This document shows, piece after piece, positions 1 through 11,116 of a stretch of 64,000 nucleotides of DNA; the first letter of the stretch is position 1, and the number at the start of each line of letters is the position of its first letter. A program made the position numbers and the translations under genes. The notes beneath the pieces were generated by a model that was not told where the DNA came from, searched no databases, and was given only the letters and a program-made list of their open reading frames with translations. Source of the stretch: Escherichia coli. GTDB taxonomy: Bacteria; Pseudomonadota; Gammaproteobacteria; Enterobacterales; Enterobacteriaceae. Where the stretch lies: the NCBI RefSeq assembly GCF_003334305.1, contig NZ_QOWS01000002.1; one strand, written 5' to 3'.

Positions 1-737
1 ATATTGCCAAAGCGTTACGTCTGGGCGTTGAAGATGTTTTGCTGAAACCAGTTAAAGATCTGAATCGCTTGCGCGAGATGGTTTTTGCCTGTCTCTATCC
101 CAGCATGTTTAATTCGCGCGTTGAGGAAGAGGAAAGGCTTTTTCGCGACTGGGATGCAATGGTTGATAACCCTGCCGCAGCGGCGAAATTATTACAGGAA
201 CTACAACCGCCGGTTCAGCAGGTGATTTCCCATTGCCGGGTTAATTATCGTCAATTGGTTGCCGCGGACAAACCCGGCCTGGTGCTTGATATTGCCGCAC
301 TTTCGGAAAACGATCTGGCATTTTATTGCCTTGATGTCACCCGAGCTGGACATAATGGCGTACTTGCTGCCTTGTTATTACGCGCATTGTTTAACGGATT
401 ATTACAGGAACAGCTTGCACACCAAAATCAACGGTTGCCAGAGTTGGGCGCGTTATTGAAGCAGGTAAACCATTTACTTCGTCAGGCCAATCTGCCGGGG
501 CAGTTTCCGCTATTAGTTGGCTATTATCATCGCGAACTGAAAAATCTCATTCTGGTTTCTGCGGGTCTGAATGCGACGTTAAATACCGGCGAACACCAGG
601 TGCAAATCAGTAATGGTGTTCCGTTAGGCACTTTAGGTAACGCTTATTTGAATCAATTGAGCCAGCGATGCGATGCCTGGCAATGCCAAATATGGGGAAC
701 CGGTGGTCGACTGCGCTTGATGTTGTCTGCAGAATGA
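1..737 (+). CDS. rssB: Response regulator RssB (RpoS turnover adaptor), 3' portion; 5' end lies outside the window
   Basis: ORF 39..737 stays open back to the window edge in the same frame; sits immediately upstream of galU as in E. coli; identity by synteny and recollection, not search. Confidence 0.75.
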   Translation, partial: IAKALRLGVEDVLLKPVKDLNRLREMVFACLYPSMFNSRVEEEERLFRDWDAMVDNPAAAAKLLQELQPPVQQVISHCRVNYRQLVAADKPGLVLDIAALSENDLAFYCLDVTRAGHNGVLAALLLRALFNGLLQEQLAHQNQRLPELGALLKQVNHLLRQANLPGQFPLLVGYYHRELKNLILVSAGLNATLNTGEHQVQISNGVPLGTLGNAYLNQLSQRCDAWQCQIWGTGGRLRLMLSAE

Positions 738-938
738 GCAAACGATAACGCGGGCTAAATTTGCATTACCTGCTAATGTCGGCTGGTGGTACTATCGTCG
801 CCATTCGTATAAGTAATTGTCTTAATTATGCTAACTCGCCTCCTTTTCAGAACTTAGCCCCTTCGGGGTGCTGATATACTGGGATGCGATACAGAAATAT
901 GAACACGTTCAAAACACGAACAGTCCAGGAGAATTTAA

Positions 939-1847
939 ATGGCTGCCATTAATACGAAAGTCAAAAAAGCCGTTATCCCCGTTGCGGGATTAGGAACCAG
1001 GATGTTGCCGGCGACGAAAGCCATCCCGAAAGAGATGCTGCCACTTGTCGATAAGCCATTAATTCAATACGTCGTGAATGAATGTATTGCGGCTGGCATT
1101 ACTGAAATTGTGCTGGTTACACACTCATCTAAAAACTCTATTGAAAACCACTTTGATACCAGTTTTGAACTGGAAGCAATGCTGGAAAAACGTGTAAAAC
1201 GTCAACTGCTTGATGAAGTGCAGTCTATTTGTCCACCGCACGTGACTATTATGCAAGTTCGTCAGGGTCTGGCGAAAGGCCTGGGACACGCGGTATTGTG
1301 TGCTCACCCGGTAGTGGGTGATGAACCGGTAGCTGTTATTTTGCCTGATGTTATTCTGGATGAATATGAATCCGATTTGTCACAGGATAACCTGGCAGAG
1401 ATGATCCGCCGCTTTGATGAAACGGGTCATAGCCAGATCATGGTTGAACCGGTTGCTGATGTGACCGCATATGGCGTTGTGGATTGCAAAGGCGTTGAAT
1501 TAGCGCCTGGTGAAAGCGTACCGATGGTTGGTGTGGTAGAAAAACCGAAAGCGGATGTTGCGCCGTCTAATCTCGCTATTGTGGGTCGTTACGTACTTAG
1601 CGCGGATATTTGGCCGTTGCTGGCAAAAACCCCTCCGGGAGCTGGTGATGAAATTCAGCTCACCGACGCAATTGATATGCTGATCGAAAAAGAAACGGTG
1701 GAAGCCTATCATATGAAAGGGAAGAGCCATGACTGCGGTAATAAATTAGGTTACATGCAGGCCTTCGTTGAATACGGTATTCGTCATAACACCCTTGGCA
1801 CGGAATTTAAAGCCTGGCTTGAAGAAGAGATGGGCATTAAGAAGTAA
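939..1847 (+). CDS. galU: UTP--glucose-1-phosphate uridylyltransferase
   Basis: 302 aa ORF, N-terminus [35 protein letters not shown] with nucleotidyltransferase G-rich loop; length matches GalU. Confidence 0.96.
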
Positions 1848-1870
1848 CATCCGTATCGGTGTTATCCACG

Positions 1871-1903
1871 AAACGGCGTTGAGCAATCGACGCCGTTTTT
1901 TTA
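1871..1903 (+). terminator. Rho-independent terminator downstream of galU
   Basis: Stem aaacggcgt/acgccgttt around a 10 nt loop, followed by a T-run (cgccgttttttt). Confidence 0.7.
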
Positions 1904-1940
1904 TAGCTTATTCTTATTAAATTGTCTTAAACCGGACAAT

Positions 1941-1968
1941 AAAAAATCCCGCCGCTGGCGGGATTTTA
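1941..1968 (-). terminator. Rho-independent terminator of hns (A-run/T-run flanked, potentially bidirectional)
   Basis: aaaaaatcccgccgctggcgggatttt: GC stem flanked by A-run and T-run, directly 3' of the hns stop. Confidence 0.75.
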
Positions 1969-1990
1969 AGCAAGTGCAATCTACAAAAGA

Positions 1991-2404
1991 TTATTGCTTG
2001 ATCAGGAAATCGTCGAGGGATTTACCTTGCTCATCCATTGCTTTTTTGATTACAGCTGGAGTACGGCCTTGGCCAGTCCAGGTTTTAGTTTCGCCGTTTT
2101 CGTCAACGTAGCTATATTTTGCCGGACGCTGAGCACGTTTAGCTTTGGTGCCAGATTTAACGGCAGCAAGGCTATTCAGCAGTTCGTTCGGGTCAATACC
2201 GTCAGCGATCAGCATTTCGCGATATTGCTGCAGTTTACGAGTGCGCTCTTCAACTTCAGCAGCAGCCGCGCTTTCTTCTTCGCGACGTTCGTTAACAACA
2301 ACTTCTAATTTTTCCAGCATTTCTTCCAGCGTTTCAAGTGTACATTCTCTTGCCTGCGCACGAAGAGTACGGATGTTGTTCAGAATTTTAAGTGCTTCGC
2401 TCAT
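1991..2404 (-). CDS. hns: Nucleoid-associated protein H-NS
   Basis: 137 aa [40 protein letters not shown]...; exact H-NS length and sequence as I recall it. Confidence 0.97.
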
Positions 2405-3008
2405 TGTAGTAATCTCAAACTTATATTGGGGTGGTTTGTTGAGGTAATAATAGAGCCTTAAATTCAGTTGTGCAATAGCCAGGAATGTAAGGAATTCAAA
2501 ATTGTTCTTTATTTTGTGCCGCCAATAAATATCTTTTCATAAAATTAGCCAGAAAAGACGCGGCATATAGCCCTATTTACACCGATGATTTCGCAGCACG
2601 TGAGGTTAAAACTTCCTGATTCATGTCACATTTTATGGGGAGATTATCGTAGGCTGACGACCTTTCAGTCTTCTGTATTAGTTGTGTTTACGAGAATTCC
2701 CTATTAAGCGAATGATGAAAAGTAGAACAGTCGCAATAAGAGCATGGACTTAGTATTGCACTATCTCCTGGAGGTCAACAGAGGGCTATTACTTGCGCAA
2801 CAGGTTAAAGATTGTGAATAGTTACCAGCAGTCATTTACCCGCTTATAACAAGCGAGGCAGTTGTAATGATAGCTCAGAAGGATTATGCAAGGCTTCGTA
2901 AGGGAGAACGCATATACCCACTTCTGTGCATACTGTTGAGCTGAAAAACTGACGAATTATGATAAACTCCAGCCAACTTTATTTCATATCATTGAGGGCC
3001 TGTGGCTG

Positions 3009-3626
3009 ATGGCACAGCTATATTTCTACTATTCCGCAATGAATGCGGGTAAGTCTACAGCATTGTTGCAATCTTCATACAATTACCAGGAACGCGGCAT
3101 GCGCACTGTCGTATATACGGCAGAAATTGATGATCGCTTTGGTGCCGGGAAAGTCAGTTCGCGTATAGGTTTGTCATCGCCTGCAAAATTATTTAACCAA
3201 AATTCATCATTATTTGATGAGATTCGTGCGGAACATGAACAGCAGGCAATTCATTGCGTACTGGTTGATGAATGCCAGTTTTTAACCAGACAACAAGTAT
3301 ATGAATTATCGGAGGTTGTCGATCAACTCGATATACCCGTACTTTGTTATGGTTTACGTACCGATTTTCGAGGTGAATTATTTATTGGCAGCCAATACTT
3401 ACTGGCATGGTCCGACAAACTGGTTGAATTAAAAACCATCTGTTTTTGTGGCCGTAAAGCAAGCATGGTGCTGCGTCTTGATCAAGCAGGCAGACCTTAT
3501 AACGAAGGTGAGCAGGTGGTAATTGGTGGTAATGAACGATACGTTTCTGTATGCCGTAAACACTATAAAGAGGCGTTACAAGTCGGCTCATTAACGGCTA
3601 TTCAGGAAAGGCATCGCCACGATTAA
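3009..3626 (+). CDS. tdk: Thymidine kinase
   Basis: 205 aa ORF with P-loop (NAGKST) and C-terminal zinc-binding Cys pairs; matches Tdk. Confidence 0.95.
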   Translation: MAQLYFYYSAMNAGKSTALLQSSYNYQERGMRTVVYTAEIDDRFGAGKVSSRIGLSSPAKLFNQNSSLFDEIRAEHEQQAIHCVLVDECQFLTRQQVYELSEVVDQLDIPVLCYGLRTDFRGELFIGSQYLLAWSDKLVELKTICFCGRKASMVLRLDQAGRPYNEGEQVVIGGNERYVSVCRKHYKEALQVGSLTAIQERHRHD

Positions 3627-3640
3627 TAAGAATTTCTTTA

Positions 3641-3684
3641 CTGACAGGGTGAGCAGGGCACTTTTATCCTGTCAGTTCGTTTTA
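3641..3684 (+). terminator. Candidate terminator downstream of tdk
   Basis: 8 bp inverted repeat ctgacagg ... cctgtcag followed by ttcgtttta. Confidence 0.5.
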
Positions 3685-3875
3685 CGCACTTCTTCCGGGC
3701 TATATACCCTTCTCGGCAGTTTTTTAACGCCGCTATACGCCTCACAGGGCTCTTAAGCACCGACGTTGACTTGTGACCTGTAAAGTACAATATCCCTGTG
3801 TTTAGGCGTTATACATCGTCGCAAATATGATGAAGGCTAATGCTGTCGGTTTATGGAAAAGTTGCTTTGGGTAAA

Positions 3876-3902
3876 CAAAAAAACGGCCCCAGAAGGGGCC
3901 GT
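3876..3902 (-). terminator. Rho-independent terminator of adhE
   Basis: On the minus strand acggcccc-uucu-ggggccgu hairpin followed by a U7 run, immediately 3' of the adhE stop. Confidence 0.8.
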
Positions 3903-3927
3903 TTATATTGCCAGACAGCGCTACTGA

Positions 3928-6603
3928 TTAAGCGGATTTTTTCGCTTTTTTCTCAGCTTTAGCCGGAGCGGCTTCTTTTTTCGCTGCAGTTTCACCTTCT
4001 ACATAATCACGACCGTAGTAGGTATCCAGCAGGATCTGTTTCAGCTCGGAGATCAGCGGGTAACGCGGGTTAGCGCCGGTGCACTGGTCATCGAACGCAT
4101 CTTCAGACAGTTTATCCACGTTCGCCAGGAAGTCTGCTTCCTGAACGCCAGCTTCACGGATAGATTTCGGAATACCCAGTTCAGCTTTCAGCGTTTCCAG
4201 CCATGCCAGCAGTTTCTCGATCTTAGCAGCAGTACGGTCGCCCGGTGCGCTCAGACCCAGGTGGTCGGCAATTTCAGCATAACGACGGCGAGCCTGCGGA
4301 CGGTCATACTGGCTGAATGCAGTCTGCTTGGTCGGGTTGTCGTTCGCATTGTAGCGAATAACGTTACAAATCAGCAGGGCGTTTGCCAGACCGTGCGGAA
4401 TATGGAACTGGGAACCCAGTTTGTGCGCCATTGAGTGACATACACCCAGGAAGGCGTTCGCAAACGCGATACCCGCGATAGTCGCTGCACTGTGAACACG
4501 TTCACGCGCTACCGGATTTTTAGACCCTTCGTGGTAGGACGCTGGCAGATATTCTTTCAGCAGTTTCAGTGCCTGCAGAGCCTGACCATCAGAGAACTCA
4601 GATGCCAGTACAGAAACATAAGCTTCCATGGCGTGAGTTACTGCGTCCAGACCACCGAAAGCACACAGGGACTTCGGCATGTCCATAACCAGGTTGGCGT
4701 CGACAATCGCCATATCCGGAGTCAGCGCATAGTCTGCCAGCGGATATTTCTGACCAGTAGCGTCGTCAGTTACAACCGCAAACGGAGTGACTTCAGAACC
4801 TGTACCAGAAGTGGTGGTGACAGCGATCATTTTCGCTTTCACGCCCATTTTCGGGAACTTGTAGATACGTTTACGGATATCCATAAAGCGCAGCGCCAGC
4901 TCTTCGAAGTGAGTTTCCGGATGTTCGTACATAACCCACATGATCTTCGCGGCGTCCATCGGGGAACCACCACCCAGCGCGATAATCACGTCTGGTTTGA
5001 AGGAGTTTGCCAGTTCTGCACCTTTACGAACGATGCTCAGGGTCGGGTCCGCTTCTACTTCGAAGAAGACTTCAGTTTCAACGCCTGCTGCTTTCAGTAC
5101 GGAAGTGATCTGATCAGCATAACCATTGTTGAACAGGAAGCGGTCAGTCACGATGAGCGCACGTTTGTGGCCATCAGTAATCACTTCATCCAGCGCGATT
5201 GGCAGGGAGCCACGGCGGAAGTAGATAGATTTCGGAAGTTTGTGCCACAACATGTTTTCAGCTCGCTTAGCAACGGTTTTCTTGTTGATCAGGTGTTTCG
5301 GACCAACGTTTTCAGAGATGGAGTTACCACCCCAAGAACCACAACCCAGAGTCAGGGAAGGTGCGAGTTTGAAGTTATACAGGTCACCGATACCACCCTG
5401 AGACGCTGGGGTGTTAATCAGGATACGAGCCGTTTTCATTTTCTGACCGAAGTAAGAAACGCGAGCCGGTTGGTTATCCTGGTCAGTGTACAGGCAAGAG
5501 GTATGACCGATACCGCCCATAGCAACCAGTTTCTCTGCTTTTTCTACCGCGTCTTCGAAATCTTTAGCGCGGTACATTGCCAGAGTCGGGGACAGTTTTT
5601 CATGTGCGAACGGTTCGCTTTCATCAACAACGGTCACTTCACCGATCAGAATCTTGGTGTTTTCTGGTACAGAGAAGCCTGCCAGTTCAGCAATTTTATA
5701 GGCTGGCTGACCAACGATAGCCGCGTTCAGCGCACCGTTTTTCAGGATAACATCCTGAACAGCTTTCAGCTCTTTACCCTGCAACAGATAGCCGCCGTGG
5801 GTTGCAAAACGTTCACGTACAGCGTCATAAACAGAGTCAACAACAACAACAGACTGTTCAGAAGCACAGATTACGCCGTTGTCGAAGGTTTTGGACATCA
5901 GTACAGATGCAACTGCACGTTTGATATCAGCAGTTTCATCGATAACAACTGGAGTGTTGCCCGCGCCTACACCGATAGCTGGTTTACCGGAGCTGTATGC
6001 GGCTTTAACCATGCCCGGACCACCAGTCGCGAGGATCAGGTTGATGTCTGGGTGGTGCATCAGTGCGTTAGACAGTTCAACAGAAGGTTGATCGATCCAG
6101 CCGATCAGATCTTTCGGAGCACCGGCAGCGATAGCAGCCTGCAGAACGATATCAGCCGCTTTGTTGGTGGCATCTTTTGCACGCGGGTGCGGGGAGAAGA
6201 TAATGGCGTTACGGGTCTTCAGACTGATCAGCGATTTGAAGATAGCAGTTGAAGTCGGGTTAGTGGTCGGAACGATACCGCAAATAATACCGATTGGTTC
6301 AGCGATAGTGATGGTACCAAAAGTGTCGTCTTCAGACAGAACACCACAGGTTTTTTCATCTTTATAGGCGTTGTAGATATATTCAGAAGCAAAGTGGTTT
6401 TTGATCACTTTATCTTCGACGATACCCATGCCGGATTCGGCAACGGCCATTTTCGCGAGTGGGATTCGAGCATCTGCAGCAGCCAGAGCGGCGGCGCGGA
6501 AGATTTTGTCTACTTGCTCTTGAGTGAAACTGGCATATTCACGCTGGGCTTTTTTTACACGCTCTACGAGTGCGTTAAGTTCAGCGACATTAGTAACAGC
6601 CAT
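3928..6603 (-). CDS. adhE: Bifunctional aldehyde/alcohol dehydrogenase
   Basis: 891 aa [63 protein letters not shown]...; length and sequence match AdhE. Confidence 0.97.
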
Positions 6604-7079
6604 AATGCTCTCCTGATAATGTTAAACTTTTTTAGTAAATCATCTGCTCGAATACGAGAGTATAGTCAGTGCGGTGATGATTTGCTTAACCTATGAAAAT
6701 CAAAAGCTTACTCGCGCTCACACTCACTGTGATTTACTAAAAGAGTTTAAACATTAGAGTTATTATCTCTAATGCGTCACTTCCAGGTGGCGTAAGCAAG
6801 ATTACTCACTTCTGGGTACTGATTACGTGATCCAAATCAAATTTTTGCAAAGCTGACACCTTTCAGCATCGCTTTTCGCCATTATAGCTAACAGTTAATA
6901 AATTGTAGTATGATTTGGTGGCTACATTAGCATGTTTTGCACAACTAGATAACAATAACGAATGATAGCAATTTTAAGTAGTTAGGAGGTGAAAAATGCT
7001 GTCAAAAGGCGTATTGTCAGCGCGTCTTTTCAACCTTATTTATGGCTAACATTATCCGGCTTTTGCTTCGGAGCTAACC

Positions 7080-7727
7080 GTGATTCAGACCTTTTTTGAT
7101 TTTCCCGTTTACTTCAAATTTTTCATCGGGTTATTTGCGCTGGTCAACCCGGTAGGGATTATTCCCGTCTTTATCAGCATGACCAGTTATCAGACAGCGG
7201 CAGCGCGAAACAAAACTAACCTTACAGCCAACCTGTCTGTGGCCATTATCTTGTGGATCTCGCTTTTTCTCGGCGACACGATTCTGCAACTTTTTGGTAT
7301 ATCAATTGATTCGTTCCGTATCGCCGGGGGCATCCTGGTGGTGACGATAGCGATGTCGATGATCAGCGGCAAGCTTGGCGAGGATAAACAGAACAAGCAA
7401 GAAAAATCAGAAACCGCGGTACGTGAAAGCATTGGTGTGGTGCCATTGGCGTTGCCGTTGATGGCGGGGCCAGGGGCGATCAGTTCTACCATCGTCTGGG
7501 GTACGCGTTATCACAGCATTAGCTATCTGTTTGGTTTCTTTGTGGCTATTGCATTGTTCGCTTTATGTTGCTGGGGATTGTTCCGCATGGCACCGTGGCT
7601 GGTACGGGTTTTACGCCAGACCGGCATCAACGTGATTACGCGTATTATGGGGCTATTGCTGATGGCATTGGGGATTGAATTTATCGTTACTGGTATTAAG
7701 GGGATTTTCCCCGGCCTGCTTAATTAA
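7080..7727 (+). CDS. ychE: MarC-family inner membrane protein
   Basis: 215 aa hydrophobic multi-TM ORF with GTG start; position between adhE and oppA as in E. coli. Confidence 0.85.
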   Translation: MIQTFFDFPVYFKFFIGLFALVNPVGIIPVFISMTSYQTAAARNKTNLTANLSVAIILWISLFLGDTILQLFGISIDSFRIAGGILVVTIAMSMISGKLGEDKQNKQEKSETAVRESIGVVPLALPLMAGPGAISSTIVWGTRYHSISYLFGFFVAIALFALCCWGLFRMAPWLVRVLRQTGINVITRIMGLLLMALGIEFIVTGIKGIFPGLLN

Positions 7728-8464
7728 TTCCTTTCAAATGAAACGGAGCTGCCATGCTCCGTTTACTTCGTCATTATTTTTACTTTGTTCCCGCGCAGTT
7801 ATCAAAAGCAAAAGGAATAGGTAAAAATATTCTTCTCAAATTACAGTTAGTTATAAGGATTTCCTTAACTGCTTCTCCTCACCATCATGTTATTTTCGCC
7901 ACATCATAATCCTGGGCTTGCTGAAGAATAATTGAAATGATATTAGTAATTCCACTGCCTTTGGTAGAGGAAAGTGCTAAATAATAATCAATTGTTAAAT
8001 TATTGTGCATTTCACTACTGGAACTGTAATCAGAAAAGATAGACATGCTTAGCCAATCTCTATTTGATTGAATTGAAAGATGTTTGTTAAGGCATGGATG
8101 CAAGCTATAGATTCTGATACGGTCAATAAAAGAGAATTGCTTAACAATTTTGCAAAATGTATTGGCGAGTAAGAACCGCATTTGGTACTTTCCGGGCAAC
8201 CGCCAGACGATTATTTATTGGTAATGAGAATAATTAACAATTAAAGAGCGTCGCGAAAGAATAATGTGTCTCGACAGGGGAGACACAGTACGAATCGACA
8301 TAAGGTGATCGTCTGAATCACCAGAATAAATAAAGTCGGTGATAGTAATACGTAACGATAAAGTAACCTGACAGCAGAAAGTCTCCGAGCCTGTGCAGGG
8401 TCCCAATCCGGGATTACACATGCTGGTTAATACCAGTAATTATAATGAGGGAGTCCAAAAAACA

Positions 8465-10096
8465 ATGACCAACATCACCAAGAGAAGTTTAGTAGCAGCT
8501 GGCGTTCTGGCTGCGCTAATGGCAGGGAATGTCGCGCTGGCAGCTGATGTACCCGCAGGCGTCACACTGGCGGAAAAACAAACACTGGTACGTAACAATG
8601 GTTCAGAAGTTCAGTCATTAGATCCGCACAAAATTGAAGGTGTTCCGGAGTCTAATATCAGCCGAGACCTGTTTGAAGGCTTACTGGTCAGCGATCTTGA
8701 CGGTCATCCAGCACCTGGCGTCGCTGAATCCTGGGATAATAAAGACGCGAAAGTCTGGACCTTCCATTTGCGTAAAGATGCGAAATGGTCTGATGGCACG
8801 CCAGTCACAGCACAAGACTTTGTGTATAGCTGGCAACGTTCTGTTGATCCGAACACTGCTTCTCCGTATGCCAGTTATCTGCAATATGGGCATATCGCCG
8901 GTATTGATGAAATTCTTGAAGGGAAAAAACCGATTACCGATCTCGGCGTGAAAGCTATTGATGATCACACATTAGAAGTCACCTTAAGTGAACCCGTTCC
9001 GTACTTCTATAAATTACTTGTTCACCCATCAACTTCACCGGTGCCAAAAGCCGCTATCGAGAAATTCGGCGAAAAATGGACCCAGCCTGGTAATATCGTC
9101 ACCAACGGTGCCTATACCTTAAAAGATTGGGTCGTAAACGAACGAATCGTTCTTGAACGCAGCCCGACCTACTGGAACAACGCGAAAACCGTTATTAACC
9201 AGGTAACCTATTTGCCTATTGCTTCTGAAGTTACCGATGTCAACCGCTACCGTAGTGGTGAAATCGACATGACTTATAACAACATGCCGATCGAATTGTT
9301 CCAGAAGCTGAAAAAAGAGATCCCGGACGAAGTTCACGTTGATCCATACCTGTGCACTTACTATTACGAAATTAACAACCAGAAACCGCCATTCAACGAT
9401 GTGCGTGTGCGTACCGCACTGAAACTAGGTATGGACCGCGATATCATTGTTAATAAAGTGAAAGCGCAGGGCGACATGCCCGCCTATGGTTACACTCCAC
9501 CGTATACTGATGGCGCAAAATTGACTCAGCCGGAATGGTTTGGTTGGAGCCAGGAAAAACGTAACGAAGAAGCGAAAAAACTGCTGGCTGAAGCGGGTTA
9601 TACCGCAGACAAACCGTTGACCATCAACCTGTTGTATAACACCTCCGATCTGCATAAAAAGCTGGCGATTGCTGCCTCTTCATTGTGGAAGAAAAACATT
9701 GGTGTAAACGTCAAACTGGTTAACCAGGAGTGGAAAACGTTCCTCGACACCCGTCACCAGGGTACTTTTGATGTGGCCCGTGCAGGCTGGTGTGCTGACT
9801 ACAACGAACCAACTTCCTTCCTGAACACCATGCTTTCGAACAGCTCGATGAATACCGCGCATTATAAGAGCCCGGCCTTTGACAGCATTATGGCGGAAAC
9901 GCTGAAAGTGACTGACGAGGCGCAGCGCACAGCTCTGTACACTAAAGCAGAACAACAGCTGGATAAGGATTCGGCCATTGTTCCTGTTTATTACTACGTG
10001 AATGCGCGTCTGGTGAAACCGTGGGTTGGTGGCTATACCGGCAAAGATCCGCTGGATAATACCTATACCCGGAATATGTACATTGTGAAGCACTAA
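8465..10096 (+). CDS. oppA: Periplasmic oligopeptide-binding protein OppA (precursor)
   Basis: ORF trimmed to MTNITKRSLVAAGVLAALMAGNVALA signal peptide (543 aa); family 5 substrate-binding protein; first gene of an oppABCDF cluster. Confidence 0.93.
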   Translation: MTNITKRSLVAAGVLAALMAGNVALAADVPAGVTLAEKQTLVRNNGSEVQSLDPHKIEGVPESNISRDLFEGLLVSDLDGHPAPGVAESWDNKDAKVWTFHLRKDAKWSDGTPVTAQDFVYSWQRSVDPNTASPYASYLQYGHIAGIDEILEGKKPITDLGVKAIDDHTLEVTLSEPVPYFYKLLVHPSTSPVPKAAIEKFGEKWTQPGNIVTNGAYTLKDWVVNERIVLERSPTYWNNAKTVINQVTYLPIASEVTDVNRYRSGEIDMTYNNMPIELFQKLKKEIPDEVHVDPYLCTYYYEINNQKPPFNDVRVRTALKLGMDRDIIVNKVKAQGDMPAYGYTPPYTDGAKLTQPEWFGWSQEKRNEEAKKLLAEAGYTADKPLTINLLYNTSDLHKKLAIAASSLWKKNIGVNVKLVNQEWKTFLDTRHQGTFDVARAGWCADYNEPTSFLNTMLSNSSMNTAHYKSPAFDSIMAETLKVTDEAQRTALYTKAEQQLDKDSAIVPVYYYVNARLVKPWVGGYTGKDPLDNTYTRNMYIVKH

Positions 10097-10181
10097 TGGC
10101 AATACGTGGGGCAGGAGTGTCCTGCTCCACGGTGTCTGATTTTTATCGCATTACAGAAGGCACAGGCCAGAAGGTAGGGCA

Positions 10182-11102
10182 ATGTTAAAATTTATTCTAC
10201 GTCGCTGTCTGGAAGCGATTCCGACGCTATTTATTCTTATTACTATTTCGTTCTTTATGATGCGCCTCGCGCCGGGAAGCCCTTTTACCGGCGAACGTAC
10301 TTTACCGCCAGAAGTGATGGCCAATATCGAAGCGAAATATCATCTTAATGATCCGATCATGACACAGTATTTCAGCTACCTGAAACAACTGGCGCACGGT
10401 GATTTCGGTCCATCGTTTAAATATAAAGATTATTCGGTCAATGACTTGGTTGCATCCAGTTTTCCCGTTTCTGCCAAACTGGGAGCCGCAGCATTTTTCC
10501 TTGCGGTAATACTGGGTGTTAGTGCTGGCGTTATTGCCGCATTAAAACAAAACACCAAATGGGACTATACCGTGATGGGGCTGGCAATGACCGGGGTTGT
10601 TATCCCCAGTTTTGTGGTTGCACCATTATTAGTCATGATATTTGCGATCATTTTGCATTGGCTGCCGGGCGGTGGCTGGAATGGTGGGGCGCTTAAATTC
10701 ATGATATTGCCGATGGTGGCGTTGTCACTCGCTTATATCGCCAGTATTGCGCGTATTACCCGTGGCTCTATGATTGAAGTATTACACTCCAATTTTATTC
10801 GTACTGCCCGGGCGAAAGGGTTACCTATGCGGCGGATCATTTTACGTCACGCATTAAAACCTGCTCTGTTACCCGTGCTCTCTTATATGGGCCCCGCATT
10901 TGTCGGCATTATTACCGGTTCTATGGTTATCGAAACCATTTATGGTTTGCCGGGGATTGGACAACTGTTCGTTAATGGCGCATTGAACCGTGACTATTCC
11001 TTAGTGTTAAGCCTGACCATCCTGGTTGGTGCTTTAACCATTTTGTTTAATGCCATTGTCGATGTGCTATATGCGGTTATCGACCCGAAAATCCGTTACT
11101 GA
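10182..11102 (+). CDS. oppB: Oligopeptide ABC transporter permease OppB
   Basis: 306 aa multi-TM permease; length and position match OppB. Confidence 0.94.
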   Translation: MLKFILRRCLEAIPTLFILITISFFMMRLAPGSPFTGERTLPPEVMANIEAKYHLNDPIMTQYFSYLKQLAHGDFGPSFKYKDYSVNDLVASSFPVSAKLGAAAFFLAVILGVSAGVIAALKQNTKWDYTVMGLAMTGVVIPSFVVAPLLVMIFAIILHWLPGGGWNGGALKFMILPMVALSLAYIASIARITRGSMIEVLHSNFIRTARAKGLPMRRIILRHALKPALLPVLSYMGPAFVGIITGSMVIETIYGLPGIGQLFVNGALNRDYSLVLSLTILVGALTILFNAIVDVLYAVIDPKIRY

Positions 11103-11116
11103 TACTGGAGCTCGCG

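Noticed and set aside
855-873. Small hairpin agcccc-ttcg-gggtgct upstream of galU as a possible rssB terminator
   Set aside because: Imperfect stem and no following T-run; cannot be distinguished from promoter-region secondary structure
4435-6252. 605 aa ORF on the plus strand
   Set aside because: Lies entirely antisense within adhE; low-complexity, Arg/Ser/Thr-rich translation typical of the reverse frame of a highly expressed gene
7885-8199. 104 aa minus-strand ORF in the ychE-oppA spacer
   Set aside because: AT-rich, low-complexity translation (Ser/Ile/Asn-rich), no convincing RBS; more likely chance ORF in promoter/leader DNA
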